In this document: piece after piece, positions 15,201-29,523 of the stretch | Layout of the letters: every line of letters starts with the position of its first letter | Position numbering within the stretch: the stretch's first letter is position 1 | Origin: Schmidtea polychroa | Taxonomy: Eukaryota | NCBI GenBank assembly: GCA_044892525.1 | Contig: CM097885.1 | Coordinates: 39,620,001 to 39,684,000, forward strand | Direction: 5' to 3' | Length of the DNA stretch: 64,000 nt | Made by a program: the position numbers and the translations under genes | Notes under the pieces: model-generated | Database searches by the model: none | The model's input: only the letters and a program-made list of their open reading frames with translations | Told to the model about the DNA's origin: nothing

Positions 15201-18200
15201 AATCAGAAGATTGCAGGTTCGAGTCCTGCCAGGGTCGTATTATTTTTTGTCATTCTTGTTAATTCTAATTTTTAGGCCGTTGCAAGAAACAAGAAAGAAA
15301 GATAGATAGATGATATATTATTTTCAAATTTTTGATCGAGGAATCAACTTCATCATCATCTATCCTTCGTGATAAAGTTTGAAAATTTCCAAGTTTTTTT
15401 TCAACTGTGTTTTAGGTTAATTAAATTGAAAATGTATTTTAAGGCCCTGTGGCCCAATGAATAAGGCGTCTGACTTCGAATCAGAAGATTGCAGGTTCGA
15501 GTCCTGCCAGGGTCGTATTATTTTTTGTCATTCTTGTTAATTCTAATTTTTAGGCCGTTGCAAGAAACAAGAAAGAAAGATAGATAGATGATATATTATT
15601 TTCAAATTTTTGATCGAGGAATCAACTTCATCATCATCTATCCTTTGTGATAAAGTTTGAAAATTTCCAAGTTTTTTTTCAACTGTGTTTTAGGTTAATT
15701 AAATTGAAAATGTATTTTAAGGCCCTGTGGCCCAATGGATAAGGCGTCTGACTTCGAATCAGAAGATTGCAGGTTCGAGTCCTGCCAGGGTCGTATTATT
15801 TTTTGTCATTCTTGTTAATTCTAATTTTTAGGCCGTTGCAAGAAACAAGAAAGAAAGATAGATAGATGATATATTATTTTCAAATTTTTGATCGAGGAAT
15901 CAACTTCATCATCATCTATCCTTCGTGATAAAGTTTGAAAATTTCCAAGTTTTTTTTCAACTGTGTTTTAGGTTAATTAAATTGAAAATGTATTTTAAGG
16001 CCCTGTGGCCCAATGGATAAGGCGTCTGACTTCGAATCAGAAGATTGCAGGTTCGAGTCCTGCCAGGGTCGTATTATTTTTTGTCATTCTTTTTAATTCT
16101 AATTTTTAGGCCGTTTCAAGAAACAAGAAAGAAAGATAGATAGATGATATATTATTTTCAAATTTTTGATCAAGGAATCAACTTCATCATCATCTATCCT
16201 TCGTGATAAAGTTTGAAAATTTCCAAGTTTTTTTTCAACTGTGTTTTAGGTTAATTAAATTGAAAATGTATTTTAAGGCCCTGTGGCCCAATGGATAAGG
16301 CGTCTGACTTCGAATCAGAAGATTGCAGGTTCGAGTCCTGCCAGGGTCGTATTATTTTTTGTCATTCTTGTTAATTCTAATTTTTAGGCCGTTGCAAGAA
16401 ACAAGAAAGAAAGATAGATAGATGATATATTATTTTCAAATTTTTGATCGAGGAATCAACTTCATCATCATCTATCCTTCGTGATAAAGTTTGAAAATTT
16501 CCAAGTTTTTTTTCAACTGTGTTTTAGGTTAATTAAATTGAAAATGTATTTTAAGGCCCTGTGGCCCAATGGATAAGGCGTCTGACTTCGAATCAGAAGA
16601 TTGCAGGTTCGAGTCCTGCCAGGGTCGTATTATTTTTTGTCATTCTTGTTAATTCTAATTTTTAGGCCGTTGCAAGAAACAAGAAAGAAAGATAGATAGA
16701 TGATATATTATTTTCAAATTTTTGATCGAGGAATCAACTTCATCATCATCTATCCTTCGTGATAAAGTTTGAAAATTTCCAAGTTTTTTTTCAACTGTGT
16801 TTTAGGTTAATTAAATTGAAAATGTATATTAAGGCCCTGTGGCCCAATGGATAAGGCGTCTGACTTCGAATCAGAAGATTGCAGGTTCGAGTCCTGCCAG
16901 GGTCGTATTATTTTTTGTCATTCTTGTTAATTCTAATTTTTAGGCCGTTGCAAGAAACAAGAAAGAAAGATAGATAGATGATATATTATTTTCAAATTTT
17001 TGATCGAGGAATCAACTTCATCATCATCTATCCTTCGTGATAAAGTTTGAAAATTTCCAAGTTTTTTTTCAACTGTGTTTTAGGTTAATTAAATTGAAAA
17101 TGTATTTTAAGGCCCTGTGGCCCAATGGATAAGGCGTCTGACTTCGAATCAGAAGATTGCAGGTTCGAGTCCTGCCAGGGTCGTATTATTTTTTGTCATT
17201 CTTGTTAATTCTAATTTTTAGGCCGTTGCAAGAAACAAGAAAGAAAGATAGATAGATGATATATTATTTTCAAATTTTTGATCGAGGAATCAACTTCATC
17301 ATCATCTATCCTTCGTGATAAAGTTTGAAAATTTCCAAGTTTTTTTTCAACTGTGTTTTAGGTTAATTAAATTGAAAATGTATTTTAAGGCCCTGTGGCC
17401 CAATGGATAAGGCGTCTGACTTCGAATCAGAAGATTGCAGGTTCGAGTCCTGCCAGGGTCGTATTATTTTTTGTCATTCTTGTTAATTCTAATTTTTAGG
17501 CCGTTGCAAGAAACAAGAAAGAAAGATAGATAGATGATATATTATTTTCAAATTTTTGATCGAGGAATCAACTTCATCATCATCTATCCTTCGTGATAAA
17601 GTTTGAAAATTTCCAAGTTTTTTTTCAACTGTGTTTTAGGTTAATTAAATTGAAAATGTATTTTAAGGCCCTGTGGCCCAATGGATAAGGCGTCTGACTT
17701 CGAATCAGAAGATTGCAGGTTCGAGTCCTGCCAGGGTCGTATTATTTTTTGTCATTCTTTTTAATTCTAATTTTTAGGCCGTTTCAAGAAACAAGAAAGA
17801 AAGATAGATAGATGATATATTATTTTCAAATTTTTGATCAAGGAATCAACTTCATCATCATCTATCCTTCGTGATAAAGTTTGAAAATTTCCAAGTTTTT
17901 TTTCAACTGTGTTTTAGGTTAATTAAATTGAAAATGTATTTTAAGGCCCTGTGGCCCAATGGATAAGGCGTCTGACTTCGAATCAGAAGATTGCAGGTTC
18001 GAGTCCTGCCAGGGTCGTATTATTTTTTGTCATTCTTGTTAATTCTAATTTTTAGGCCGTTGCAAGAAACAAGAAAGAAAGATAGATAGATGATATATTA
18101 TTTTCAAATTTTTGATCGAGGAATCAACTTCATCATCATCTATCCTTCGTGATAAAGTTTGAAAATTTCCAAGTTTTTTTTCAACTGTGTTTTAGGTTAA

Positions 18201-21200
18201 TTAAATTGAAAATGTATTTTAAGGCCCTGTGGCCCAATGAATAAGGCGTCTGACTTCGAATCAGAAGATTGCAGGTTCGAGTCCTGCCAGGGTCGTATTA
18301 TTTTTTGTCATTCTTGTTAATTCTAATTTTTAGGCCGTTGCAAGAAACAAGAAAGAAAGATAGATAGATGATATATTATTTTCAAATTTTTGATCGAGGA
18401 ATCAACTTCATCATCATCTATCCTTCGTGATAAAGTTTGAAAATTTCCAAGTTTTTTTTCAACTGTGTTTTAGGTTAATTAAATTGAAAATGTATTTTAA
18501 GGCCCTGTGGCCCAATGGATAAGGCGTCTGACTTCGAATCAGAAGATTGCAGGTTCGAGTCCTGCCAGGGTCGTATTATTTTTTGTCATTCTTGTTAATT
18601 CTAATTTTTAGGCCGTTGCAAGAAACAAGAAAGAAAGATAGATAGATGATATATTATTTTCAAATTTTTGATCGAGGAATCAACTTCATCATCATCTATC
18701 CTTCGTGATAAAGTTTGAAAATTTCCAAGTTTTTTTTCAACTGTGTTTTAGGTTAATTAAATTGAAAATGTATTTTAAGGCCCTGTGGCCCAATGGATAA
18801 GGCGTCTGACTTCGAATCAGAAGATTGCAGGTTCGAGTCCTGCCAGGGTCGTATTATTTTTTGTCATTCTTGTTAATTCTAATTTTTAGGCCGTTGCAAG
18901 AAACAAGAAAGAAAGATAGATAGATGATATATTATTTTCAAATTTTTGATCAAGGAATCAACTTCATCATCATCTATCCTTCGTGATAAAGTTTGAAAAT
19001 TTCCAAGTTTTTTTTCAACTGTGTTTTAGGTTAATTAAATTGAAAATGTATTTTAAGGCCCTGTGGCCCAATGGATAAGGCGTCTGACTTCGAATCAGAA
19101 GATTGCAGGTTCGAGTCCTGCCAGGGTCGTATTATTTTTTGTCATTCTTGTTAATTCTAATTTTTAGGCCGTTGCAAGAAACAAGAAAGAAAGATAGATA
19201 GATGATATATTATTTTCAAATTTTTGATCGAGGAATCAACTTCATCATCATCTATCCTTCGTGATAAAGTTTGAAAATTTCCAAGTTTTTTTTCAACTGT
19301 GTTTTAGGTTAATTAAATTGAAAATGTATTTTAAGGCCCTGTGGCCCAATGGATAAGGCGTCTGACTTCGAATCAGAAGATTGCAGGTTCGAGTCCTGCC
19401 AGGGTCGTATTATTTTTTGTCATTCTTGTTAATTCTAATTTTTAGGCCGTTGCAAGAAACAAGAAAGAAAGATAGATAGATGATATATTATTTTCAAATT
19501 TTTGATCGAGGAATCAACTTCATCATCATCTATCCTTCGTGATAAAGTTTGAAAATTTCCAAGTTTTTTTTCAACTGTGTTTTAGGTTAATTAAATTGAA
19601 AATGTATTTTAAGGCCCTGTGGCCCAATGAATAATACGTCTGACTTCGAATCAGAAGATTGCAGGTTCGAGTCCTGCCAGGGTCGTATTATTTTTTGTCA
19701 TTCTTGTTAATTCTAATTTTTAGGCCGTTGCAAGAAACAAGAAAGAAAGATAGATAGATGATATATTATTTTCAAATTTTTGATCGAGGAATCAACTTCA
19801 TCATCATCTATCCTTCGTGATAAAGTTTGAAAATTTCCAAGTTTTTTTTCAACTGTGTTTTAGGTTAATTAAATTGAAAATGTATTTTAAGGCCCTGTGG
19901 CCCAATGGATAAGGCGTCTGACTTCGAATCAGAAGATTGCAGGTTCGAGTCCTGCCAGGGTCGTATTATTTTTTGTCATTCTTGTTAATTCTAATTTTTA
20001 GGCCGTTGCAAGAAACAAGAAAGAAAGATAGATAGATGATATATTATTTTCAAATTTTTGATCGAGGAATCAACTTCATCATCATCTATCCTTCGTGATA
20101 AAGTTTGAAAATTTCCAAGTTTTTTTTCAACTGTGTTTTAGGTTAATTAAATTGAAAATGTATTTTAAGGCCCTGTGGCCCAATGGATAAGGCGTCTGAC
20201 TTCGAATCAGAAGATTGCAGGTTCGAGTCCTGCCAGGGTCGTATTATTTTTTGTCATTCTTGTTAATTCTAATTTTTAGGCCGTTGCAAGAAACAAGAAA
20301 GAAAGATAGATAGATGATATATTATTTTCAAATTTTTGATCGAGGAATCAACTTCATCATCATCTATCCTTCGTGATAAAGTTTGAAAATTTCCAAGTTT
20401 TTTTTCAACTGTGTTTTAGGTTAATTAAATTGAAAATGTATTTTAAGGCCCTGTGGCCCAATGGATAAGGCGTCTGACTTCGAATCAGAAGATTGCAGGT
20501 TCGAGTCCTGCCAGGGTCGTATTATTTTTTGTCATTCTTGTTAATTCTAATTTTTAGGCCGTTGCAAGAAACAAGAAAGAAAGATAGATAGATGATATAT
20601 TATTTTCAAATTTTTGATCGAGGAATCAACTTCATCATCATCTATCCTTCGTGATAAAGTTTGAAAATTTCCAAGTTTTTTTTCAACTGTGTTTTAGGTT
20701 AATTAAATTGAAAATGTATTTTAAGGCCCTGTGGCCCAATGGATAAGGCGTCTGACTTCGAATCAGAAGATTGCAGGTTCGAGTCCTGCCAGGGTCGTAT
20801 TATTTTTTGTCATTCTTGTTAATTCTAATTTTTAGGCCGTTGCAAGAAACAAGAAAGAAAGATAGATAGATGATATATTATTTTCAAATTTTTGATCGAG
20901 GAATCAACTTCATCATCATCTATCCTTCGTGATAAAGTTTGAAAATTTCCAACTTTTTTTTCAACTGTGTTTTAGGTTAATTAAATTGAAAATGTATTTT
21001 AAGGCCCTGTGGCCCAATGGATAAGGCGTCTGACTTCGAATCAGAAGATTGCAAGTTCGAGTCCTGCCAGGGTCGTATTATTTTTTGTCATTCTTTTTAA
21101 TTCTAATTTTTAGGCCGTTTCAAGAAACAAGAAAGAAAGATAGATAGATGATATATTATTTTCAAATTTTTGATCAAGGAATCAACTTCATCATCATCTA

Positions 21201-24200
21201 TCCTTCGTGATAAAGTTTGAAAATTTCCAAGTTTTTTTTCAACTGTGTTTTAGGTTAATTAAATTGAAAATGTATTTTAAGGCCCTGTGGCCCAATGGAT
21301 AAGGCGTCTGACTTCGAATCAGAAGATTGCAGGTTCGAGTCCTGCCAGGGTCGTATTATTTTTTGTCATTCTTGTTAATTCTAATTTTTAGGCCGTTGCA
21401 AGAAACAAGAAAGAAAGATAGATAGATGATATATTATTTTCAAATTTTTGATCGAGGAATCAACTTCATCATCATCTATCCTTCGTGATAAAGTTTGAAA
21501 ATTTCCAAGTTTTTTTTCAACTGTGTTTTAGGTTAATTAAATTGAAAATGTATTTTAAGGCCCTGTGGCCCAATGGATAAGGCGTCTGACTTCGAATCAG
21601 AAGATTGCAGGTTCGAGTCCTGCCAGGGTCGTATTATTTTTTGTCATTCTTGTTAATTCTAATTTTTAGGCCGTTGCAAGAAACAAGAAAGAAAGATAGA
21701 TAGATGATATATTATTTTCAAATTTTTGATCGAGGAATCAACTTCATCATCATCTATCCTTCGTGATAAAGTTTGAAAATTTCCAAGTTTTTTTTCAACT
21801 GTGTTTTAGGTTAATTAAATTGAAAATGTATTTTAAGGCCCTGTGGCCCAATGGATAAGGCGTCTGACTTCGAATCAGAAGATTGCAGGTTCGAGTCCTG
21901 CCAGGGTCGTATTATTTTTTGTCATTCTTGTTAATTCTAATTTTTAGGCCGTTGCAAGAAACAAGAAAGAAAGATAGATAGATGATATATTATTTTCAAA
22001 TTTTTGATCGAGGAATCAACTTCATCATCATCTATCCTTCGTGATAAAGTTTGAAAATTTCCAAGTTTTTTTTCAACTGTGTTTTAGGTTAATTAAATTG
22101 AAAATGTATTTTAAGGCCCTGTGGCCCAATGGATAAGGCGTCTGACTTCGAATCAGAAGATTGCAGGTTCGAGTCCTGCCAGGGTCGTATTATTTTTTGT
22201 CATTCTTTTTAATTCTAATTTTTAGGCCGTTGCAAGAAACAAGAAAGAAAGATAGATAGATGATATATTATTTTCAAATTTTTGATCGAGGAATCAACTT
22301 CATCATCATCTATCCTTCGTGATAAAGTTTGAAAATTTCCAAGTTTTTTTTCAACTGTGTTTTAGGTTAATTAAATTGAAAATGTATTTTAAGGCCCTGT
22401 GGCCCAATGGATAAGGCGTCTGACTTCGAATCAGAAGATTGCAGGTTCGAGTCCTGCCAGGGTCGTATTATTTTTTGTCATTCTTGTTAATTCTAATTTT
22501 TAGGCCGTTGCAAGAAACAAGAAAGAAAGATAGATAGATGATATATTATTTTCAAATTTTTGATCGAGGAATCAACTTCATCATCATCTATCCTTCGTGA
22601 TAAAGTTTGAAAATTTCCAAGTTTTTTTTCAACTGTGTTTTAGGTTAATTAAATTGAAAATGTATTTTAAGGCCCTGTGGCCCAATGAATAAGGCGTCTG
22701 ACTTCGAATCAGAAGATTGCAGGTTCGAGTCCTGCCAGGGTCGTATTATTTTTTGTCATTCTTGTTAATTCTAATTTTTAGGCCGTTGCAAGAAACAAGA
22801 AAGAAAGATAGATAGATGATATATTATTTTCAAATTTTTGATCGAGGAATCAACTTCATCATCATCTATCCTTCGTGATAAAGTTTGAAAATTTCCAAGT
22901 TTTTTTTCAACTGTGTTTTAGGTTAATTAAATTGAAAATGTATTTTAAGGCCCTGTGGCCCAATGGATAAGGCGTCTGACTTCGAATCAGAAGATTGCAG
23001 GTTCGAGTCCTGCCAGGGTCGTATTATTTTTTGTCATTCTTGTTAATTCTAATTTTTAGGCCGTTGCAAGAAACAAGAAAGAAAGATAGATAGATGATAT
23101 ATTATTTTCAAATTTTTGATCGAGGAATCAACTTCATCATCATCTATCCTTCGTGATAAAGTTTGAAAATTTCCAAGTTTTTTTTCAACTGTGTTTTAGG
23201 TTAATTAAATTGAAAATGTATTTTAAGGCCCTGTGGCCCAATGGATAAGGCGTCTGACTTCGAATCAGAAGATTGCAGGTTCGAGTCCTGCCAGGGTCGT
23301 ATTATTTTTTGTCATTCTTGTTAATTCTAATTTTTAGGCCGTTGCAAGAAACAAGAAAGAAAGATAGATAGATGATATATTATTTTCAAATTTTTGATCG
23401 AGGAATCAACTTCATCATCATCTATCCTTCGTGATAAAGTTTGAAAATTTCCAAGTTTTTTTTTCAACTGTGTTTTAGGTTAATTAAATTGAAAATGTAT
23501 TTTAAGGCCCTGTGGCCCAATGGATAAGGCGTCTGACTTCGAATCAGAAGATTGCAGGTTCGAGTCCTGCCAGGGTCGTATTATTTTTTGTCATTCTTGT
23601 TAATTCTAATTTTTAGGCCGTTGCAAGAAACAAGAAAGAAAGATAGATAGATGATATATTATTTTCAAATTTTTGATCGAGGAATCAACTTCATCATCAT
23701 CTATCCTTCGTGATAAAGTTTGAAAATTTCCAAGTTTTTTTTCAACTGTGTTTTAGGTTAATTAAATTGAAAATGTATTTTAAGGCCCTGTGGCCCAATG
23801 GATAAGGCGTCTGACTTCGAATCAGAAGATTGCAGGTTCGAGTCCTGCCAGGGTCGTATTATTTTTTGTCATTCTTGTTAATTCTAATTTTTAGGCCGTT
23901 GCAAGAAACAAGAAAGAAAGATAGATAGATGATATATTATTTTCAAATTTTTGATCGAGGAATCAACTTCATCATCATCTATCCTTCGTGATAAAGTTTG
24001 AAAATTTCCAAGTTTTTTTTCAACTGTGTTTTAGGTTAATTAAATTGAAAATGTATTTTAAGGCCCTGTGGCCCAATGGATAAGGCGTCTGACTTCGAAT
24101 CAGAAGATTGCAGGTTCGAGTCCTGCCAGGGTCGTATTATTTTTTGTCATTCTTGTTAATTCTAATTTTTAGGCCGTTGCAAGAAACAAGAAAGAAAGAT

Positions 24201-27200
24201 AGATAGATGATATATTATTTTCAAATTTTTGATCGAGGAATCAACTTCATCATCATCTATCCTTCGTGATAAAGTTTGAAAATTTCCAAGTTTTTTTTCA
24301 ACTGTGTTTTAGGTTAATTAAATTGAAAATGTATTTTAAGGCCCTGTGGCCCAATGGATAAGGCGTCTGACTTCGAATCAGAAGATTGCAGGTTCGAGTC
24401 CTGCCAGGGTCGTATTATTTTTTGTCATTCTTGTTAATTCTAATTTTTAGGCCGTTGCAAGAAACAAGAAAGAAAGATAGATAGATGATATATTATTTTC
24501 AAATTTTTGATCGAGGAATCAACTTCATCATCATCTATCCTTCGTGATAAAGTTTGAAAATTTCCAAGTTTTTTTTCAACTGTGTTTTAGGTTAATTAAA
24601 TTGAAAATGTATTTTAAGGCCCTGTGGCCCAATGGATAAGGCGTCTGACTTCGAATCAGAAGATTGCAGGTTCGAGTCCTGCCAGGGTCGTATTATTTTT
24701 TGTCATTCTTGTTAATTCTAATTTTTAGGCCGTTGCAAGAAACAAGAAAGAAAGATAGATAGATGATATATTATTTTCAAATTTTTGATCGAGGAATCAA
24801 CTTCATCATCATCTATCCTTCGTGATAAAGTTTGAAAATTTCCAAGTTTTTTTTCAACTGTGTTTTAGGTTAATTAAATTGAAAATGTATTTTAAGGCCC
24901 TGTGGCCCAATGGATAAGGCGTCTGACTTCGAATCAGAAGATTGCAGGTTCGAGTCCTGCCAGGGTCGTATTATTTTTTGTCATTCTTGTTAATTCTAAT
25001 TTTTAGGCCGTTGCAAGAAACAAGAAAGAAAGATAGATAGATGATATATTATTTTCAAATTTTTGATCGAGGAATCAACTTCATCATCATCTATCCTTCG
25101 TGATAAAGTTTGAAAATTTCCAAGTTTTTTTTCAACTGTGTTTTAGGTTAATTAAATTGAAAATGTATTTTAAGGCCCTGTGGCCCAATGGATAAGGCGT
25201 CTGACTTCGAATCAGAAGATTGCAGGTTCGAGTCCTGCCAGGGTCGTATTATTTTTTGTCATTCTTGTTAATTCTAATTTTTAGGCCGTTGCAAGAAACA
25301 AGAAAGAAAGATAGATAGATGATATATTATTTTCAAATTTTTGATCGAGGAATCAACTTCATCATCATCTATCCTTCGTGATAAAGTTTGAAAATTTCCA
25401 AGTTTTTTTTCAACTGTGTTTTAGGTTAATTAAATTGAAAATGTATTTTAAGGCCCTGTGGCCCAATGGATAAGGCGTCTGACTTCGAATCAGAAGATTG
25501 CAGGTTCGAGTCCTGCCAGGGTCGTATTATTTTTTGTCATTCTTGTTAATTCTAATTTTTAGGCCGTTGCAAGAAACAAGAAAGAAAGATAGATAGATGA
25601 TATATTATTTTCAAATTTTTGATCGAGGAATCAACTTCATCATCATCTATCCTTCGTGATAAAGTTTGAAAATTTCCAAGTTTTTTTTCAACTGTGTTTT
25701 AGGTTAATTAAATTGAAAATGTATTTTAAGGCCCTGTGGCCCAATGGATAAGGCGTCTGACTTCGAATCAGAAGATTGCAGGTTCGAGTCCTGCCAGGGT
25801 CGTATTATTTTTTGTCATTCTTGTTAATTCTAATTTTTAGGCCGTTGCAAGAAACAAGAAAGAAAGATAGATAGATGATATATTATTTTCAAATTTTTGA
25901 TCGAGGAATCAACTTCATCATCATCTATCCTTCGTGATAAAGTTTGAAAATTTCCAAGTTTTTTTTCAACTGTGTTTTAGGTTAATTAAATTGAAAATGT
26001 ATTTTAAGGCCCTGTGGCCCAATGGATAAGGCGTCTGACTTCGAATCAGAAGATTGCAGGTTCGAGTCCTGCCAGGGTCGTATTATTTTTTGTCATTCTT
26101 GTTAATTCTAATTTTTAGGCCGTTGCAAGAAACAAGAAAGAAAGATAGATAGATGATATATTATTTTCAAATTTTTGATCGAGGAATCAACTTCATCATC
26201 ATCTATCCTTCGTGATAAAGTTTGAAAATTTCCAAGTTTTTTTTCAACTGTGTTTTAGGTTAATTAAATTGAAAATGTATTTTAAGGCCCTGTGGCCCAA
26301 TGGATAAGGCGTCTGACTTCGAATCAGAAGATTGCAGGTTCGAGTCCTGCCAGGGTCGTATTATTTTTTGTCATTCTTGTTAATTCTAATTTTTAGGCCG
26401 TTGCAAGAAACAAGAAAGAAAGATAGATAGATGATATATTATTTTCAAATTTTTGATCGAGGAATCAACTTCATCATCATCTATCCTTCGTGATAAAGTT
26501 TGAAAATTTCCAAGTTTTTTTTCAACTGTGTTTTAGGTTAATTAAATTGAAAATGTATTTTAAGGCCCTGTGGCCCAATGGATAAGGCGTCTGACTTCGA
26601 ATCAGAAGATTGCAGGATCGAGTCCTGCCAGGGTCGTATTATTTTTTGTCATTCTTGTTAATTCTAATTTTTAGGCCGTTGCAAGAAACAAGAAAGAAAG
26701 ATAGATAGATGATATATTATTTTCAAATTTTTGATCGAGGAATCAACTTCATCATCATCTATCCTTCGTGATAAAGTTTGAAAATTTCCAAGTTTTTTTT
26801 CAACTGTGTTTTAGGTTAATTAAATTGAAAATGTATTTTAAGGCCCTGTGGCCCAATGGATAAGGCGTCTGACTTCGAATCAGAAGATTGCAGGTTCGAG
26901 TCCTGCCAGGGTCGTATTATTTTTTGTCATTCTTGTTAATTCTAATTTTTAGGCCGTTGCAAGAAACAAGAAAGAAAGATAGATAGATGATATATTATTT
27001 TCAAATTTTTGATCGAGGAATCAACTTCATCATCATCTATCCTTCGTGATAAAGTTTGAAAATTTCCAAGTTTTTTTTCAACTGTGTTTTAGGTTAATTA
27101 AATTGAAAATGTATTTTAAGGCCCTGTGGCCCAATGGATAAGGCGTCTGACTTCGAATCAGAAGATTGCAGGTTCGAGTCCTGCCAGGGTCGTATTATTT

Positions 27201-27675
27201 TTTGTCATTCTTTTTAATTCTAATTTTTAGGCCGTTGCAAGAAACAAGAAAGAAAGATAGATAGATGATATATTATTTTCAAATTTTTGATCGAGGAATC
27301 AACTTCATCATCATCTATCCTTCGTGATAAAATTTGAAAATTTCCAAGTTTTTTTTCAACTGTGTTTTAGGTTAATTAAATTGAAAATGTATTTTAAGGC
27401 CCTGTGGCCCAATGGATAAGGCGTCTGACTTCGAATCAGAAGATTGCAGGTTCGAGTCCTGCCAGGGTCGTATTATTTTTTGTCATTCTTGTTAATTCTA
27501 ATTTTTAGGCCGTTGCAAGAAACAAGAAAGAAAGATAGATAGATGATATATTATTTTCAAATTTTTGATCGAGGAATCAACTTCATCATCATCTATCCTT
27601 CGTGATAAAGTTTGAAAATTTCCAAGTTTTTTTTCAACTGTGTTTTAGGGTAATTAAATTGAAAATGTATTTTAA

Positions 27676-27748
27676 GGCCCTGTGGCCCAATGGATAAGGC
27701 GTCTGACTTCGAATCAGAAGATTGCAGGTTCGAGTCCTGCCAGGGTCG
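27676..27748 (+). tRNA. tRNA-Arg-TCG: tRNA-Arg(UCG), last (100th) copy of the array
   Basis: Identical to the copy at 151-223. Confidence 0.97.
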
Positions 27749-27825
27749 TTTTATTTTTTGTCATTCTTGTTAATTCTAATTTTTAGGCCGTTGCAAGAAA
27801 CAAAACGTGAGAATAACACTACGAA

Positions 27826-28155
<330 letters not shown>

Positions 28156-29523
28156 TTCTACCAATATCAATGATAATGAGATAATTAATTCTAATATAGA
28201 AAACTGTATACCCACCGACCCCTATCTATTATTCTTCCGTCTAGATGTCGACCCTCTCCTCTAGATGATACACCATCATCCTTCCATCTTATCTGCGGTC
28301 AGAGACCTGCATCCTGTGATCTTGACTGTTCTCCTCCCCTTATCATAAACAGTACTGCCAATCTGTTTTCTGATTGCGAAAACACCCCCCCACCATCGCA
28401 CCCCGCTCATCGAACCCAAAACGCGTCTCAAACCTCTGACTTTGATGACATAATACTCTCGGATAACTCTACCACCTCCTCTCATTCACCCATAACAACA
28501 AATGCCCTCCAAACCTCAACCCCAACTCCCAATGCCCCAATAAGCATCACCAAGCAAACAATAGCACCCAATAAGAAGGATACCGCCCTTCTCGATGAGG
28601 CGCAGGCCCTCCTACGTTTGGGCTCACAAATGGACATCCAAGGCAAAATAATAAAAATTGTAACTGACCAAATACCCCAACCCACACCTGACTTTCTCAC
28701 CCCTAAACGCCTCAAGAAGCTAGTTAAAAAACGTAACACCACGACCCCAAAAACTGACTCTGAACGCCTTCAAAATAATACTACCCTATACTTCCTTGAC
28801 AACAGAGGCAAATGCAGATGCAGGCCCAACTTCAAAATACCACTCTGCGACTCAATTACCATCCCCCTATACGATAGAGCCGCCCTAATCAGCCATGCCC
28901 AAGAATTCCATAATATCATCTTTGACCAAGAATCCTTGATCGACTGCTATCAATGCAGACCAAAGTTTGGAGGGATAGGAAAAACCTCTTCCGCTTTAGA
29001 GATATTATTAACCATATTGACCACTTTGACCACCAGATATAAACTGACCGTAAGCTGCTTAAACGCGTTAGTACCAGGATTGCGCCATCCAACAAAATAG
29101 TCTGCCACATCTATAACAAAACCTGTGCCAGATGTTTGATCCACCAAGACCATCACGCAACACCTGGCTAAATTATATAAAAAATATACATATGACCCCA
29201 ATTAGGAAATATACTGCTTCTGTGGCCTATGGATACCCTTCACGAACATCCAAGACCATATTAACTCCATGCCCCCGCTCCCATACTCCCACGTCTTCAC
29301 TAAACCTCCACCATCCGCCGAATGCAGTATTGAAATACATGACTTGAATAACGAGAACCTTCTTGGCCCACTGCTAGAAACCCAAGAAAGAATGTTCCAC
29401 ATCTCTGATAGTGAAATTACCAAACGGCCACTGCCAGATGACCTACTTTTCACACCTAACATTGACAATGAATCCGCATGATGGTCACAACATGCAATTA
29501 AAGCATACATCTTCTCCTTCGCC

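Larger units (their letters stand above)
1..27803 (+). repeat. Tandem array of 278-bp units, each with one tRNA-Arg(UCG) gene (100 tRNA copies in window; array continues beyond left edge)
   Basis: tRNA starts at 151, 429, 707 ... 27676. 27676-151 = 99x278 + 3, and the three extra bases are visible 1-nt insertions (~2126, ~2683, ~23461). The last unit matches consensus to ...GCAAGAAACAA at 27803. Confidence 0.98.

Noticed and set aside
1..27803. CRISPR-like array
   Set aside because: Spacers are identical rather than unique, the repeat is a eukaryotic tRNA, and no cas genes are present.
29098..29481. Read-through of the element's TGA/TAG stops by a suppressor tRNA from the array
   Set aside because: No UCA or CUA anticodon variant was seen in any copy, and the stops are of mixed type.
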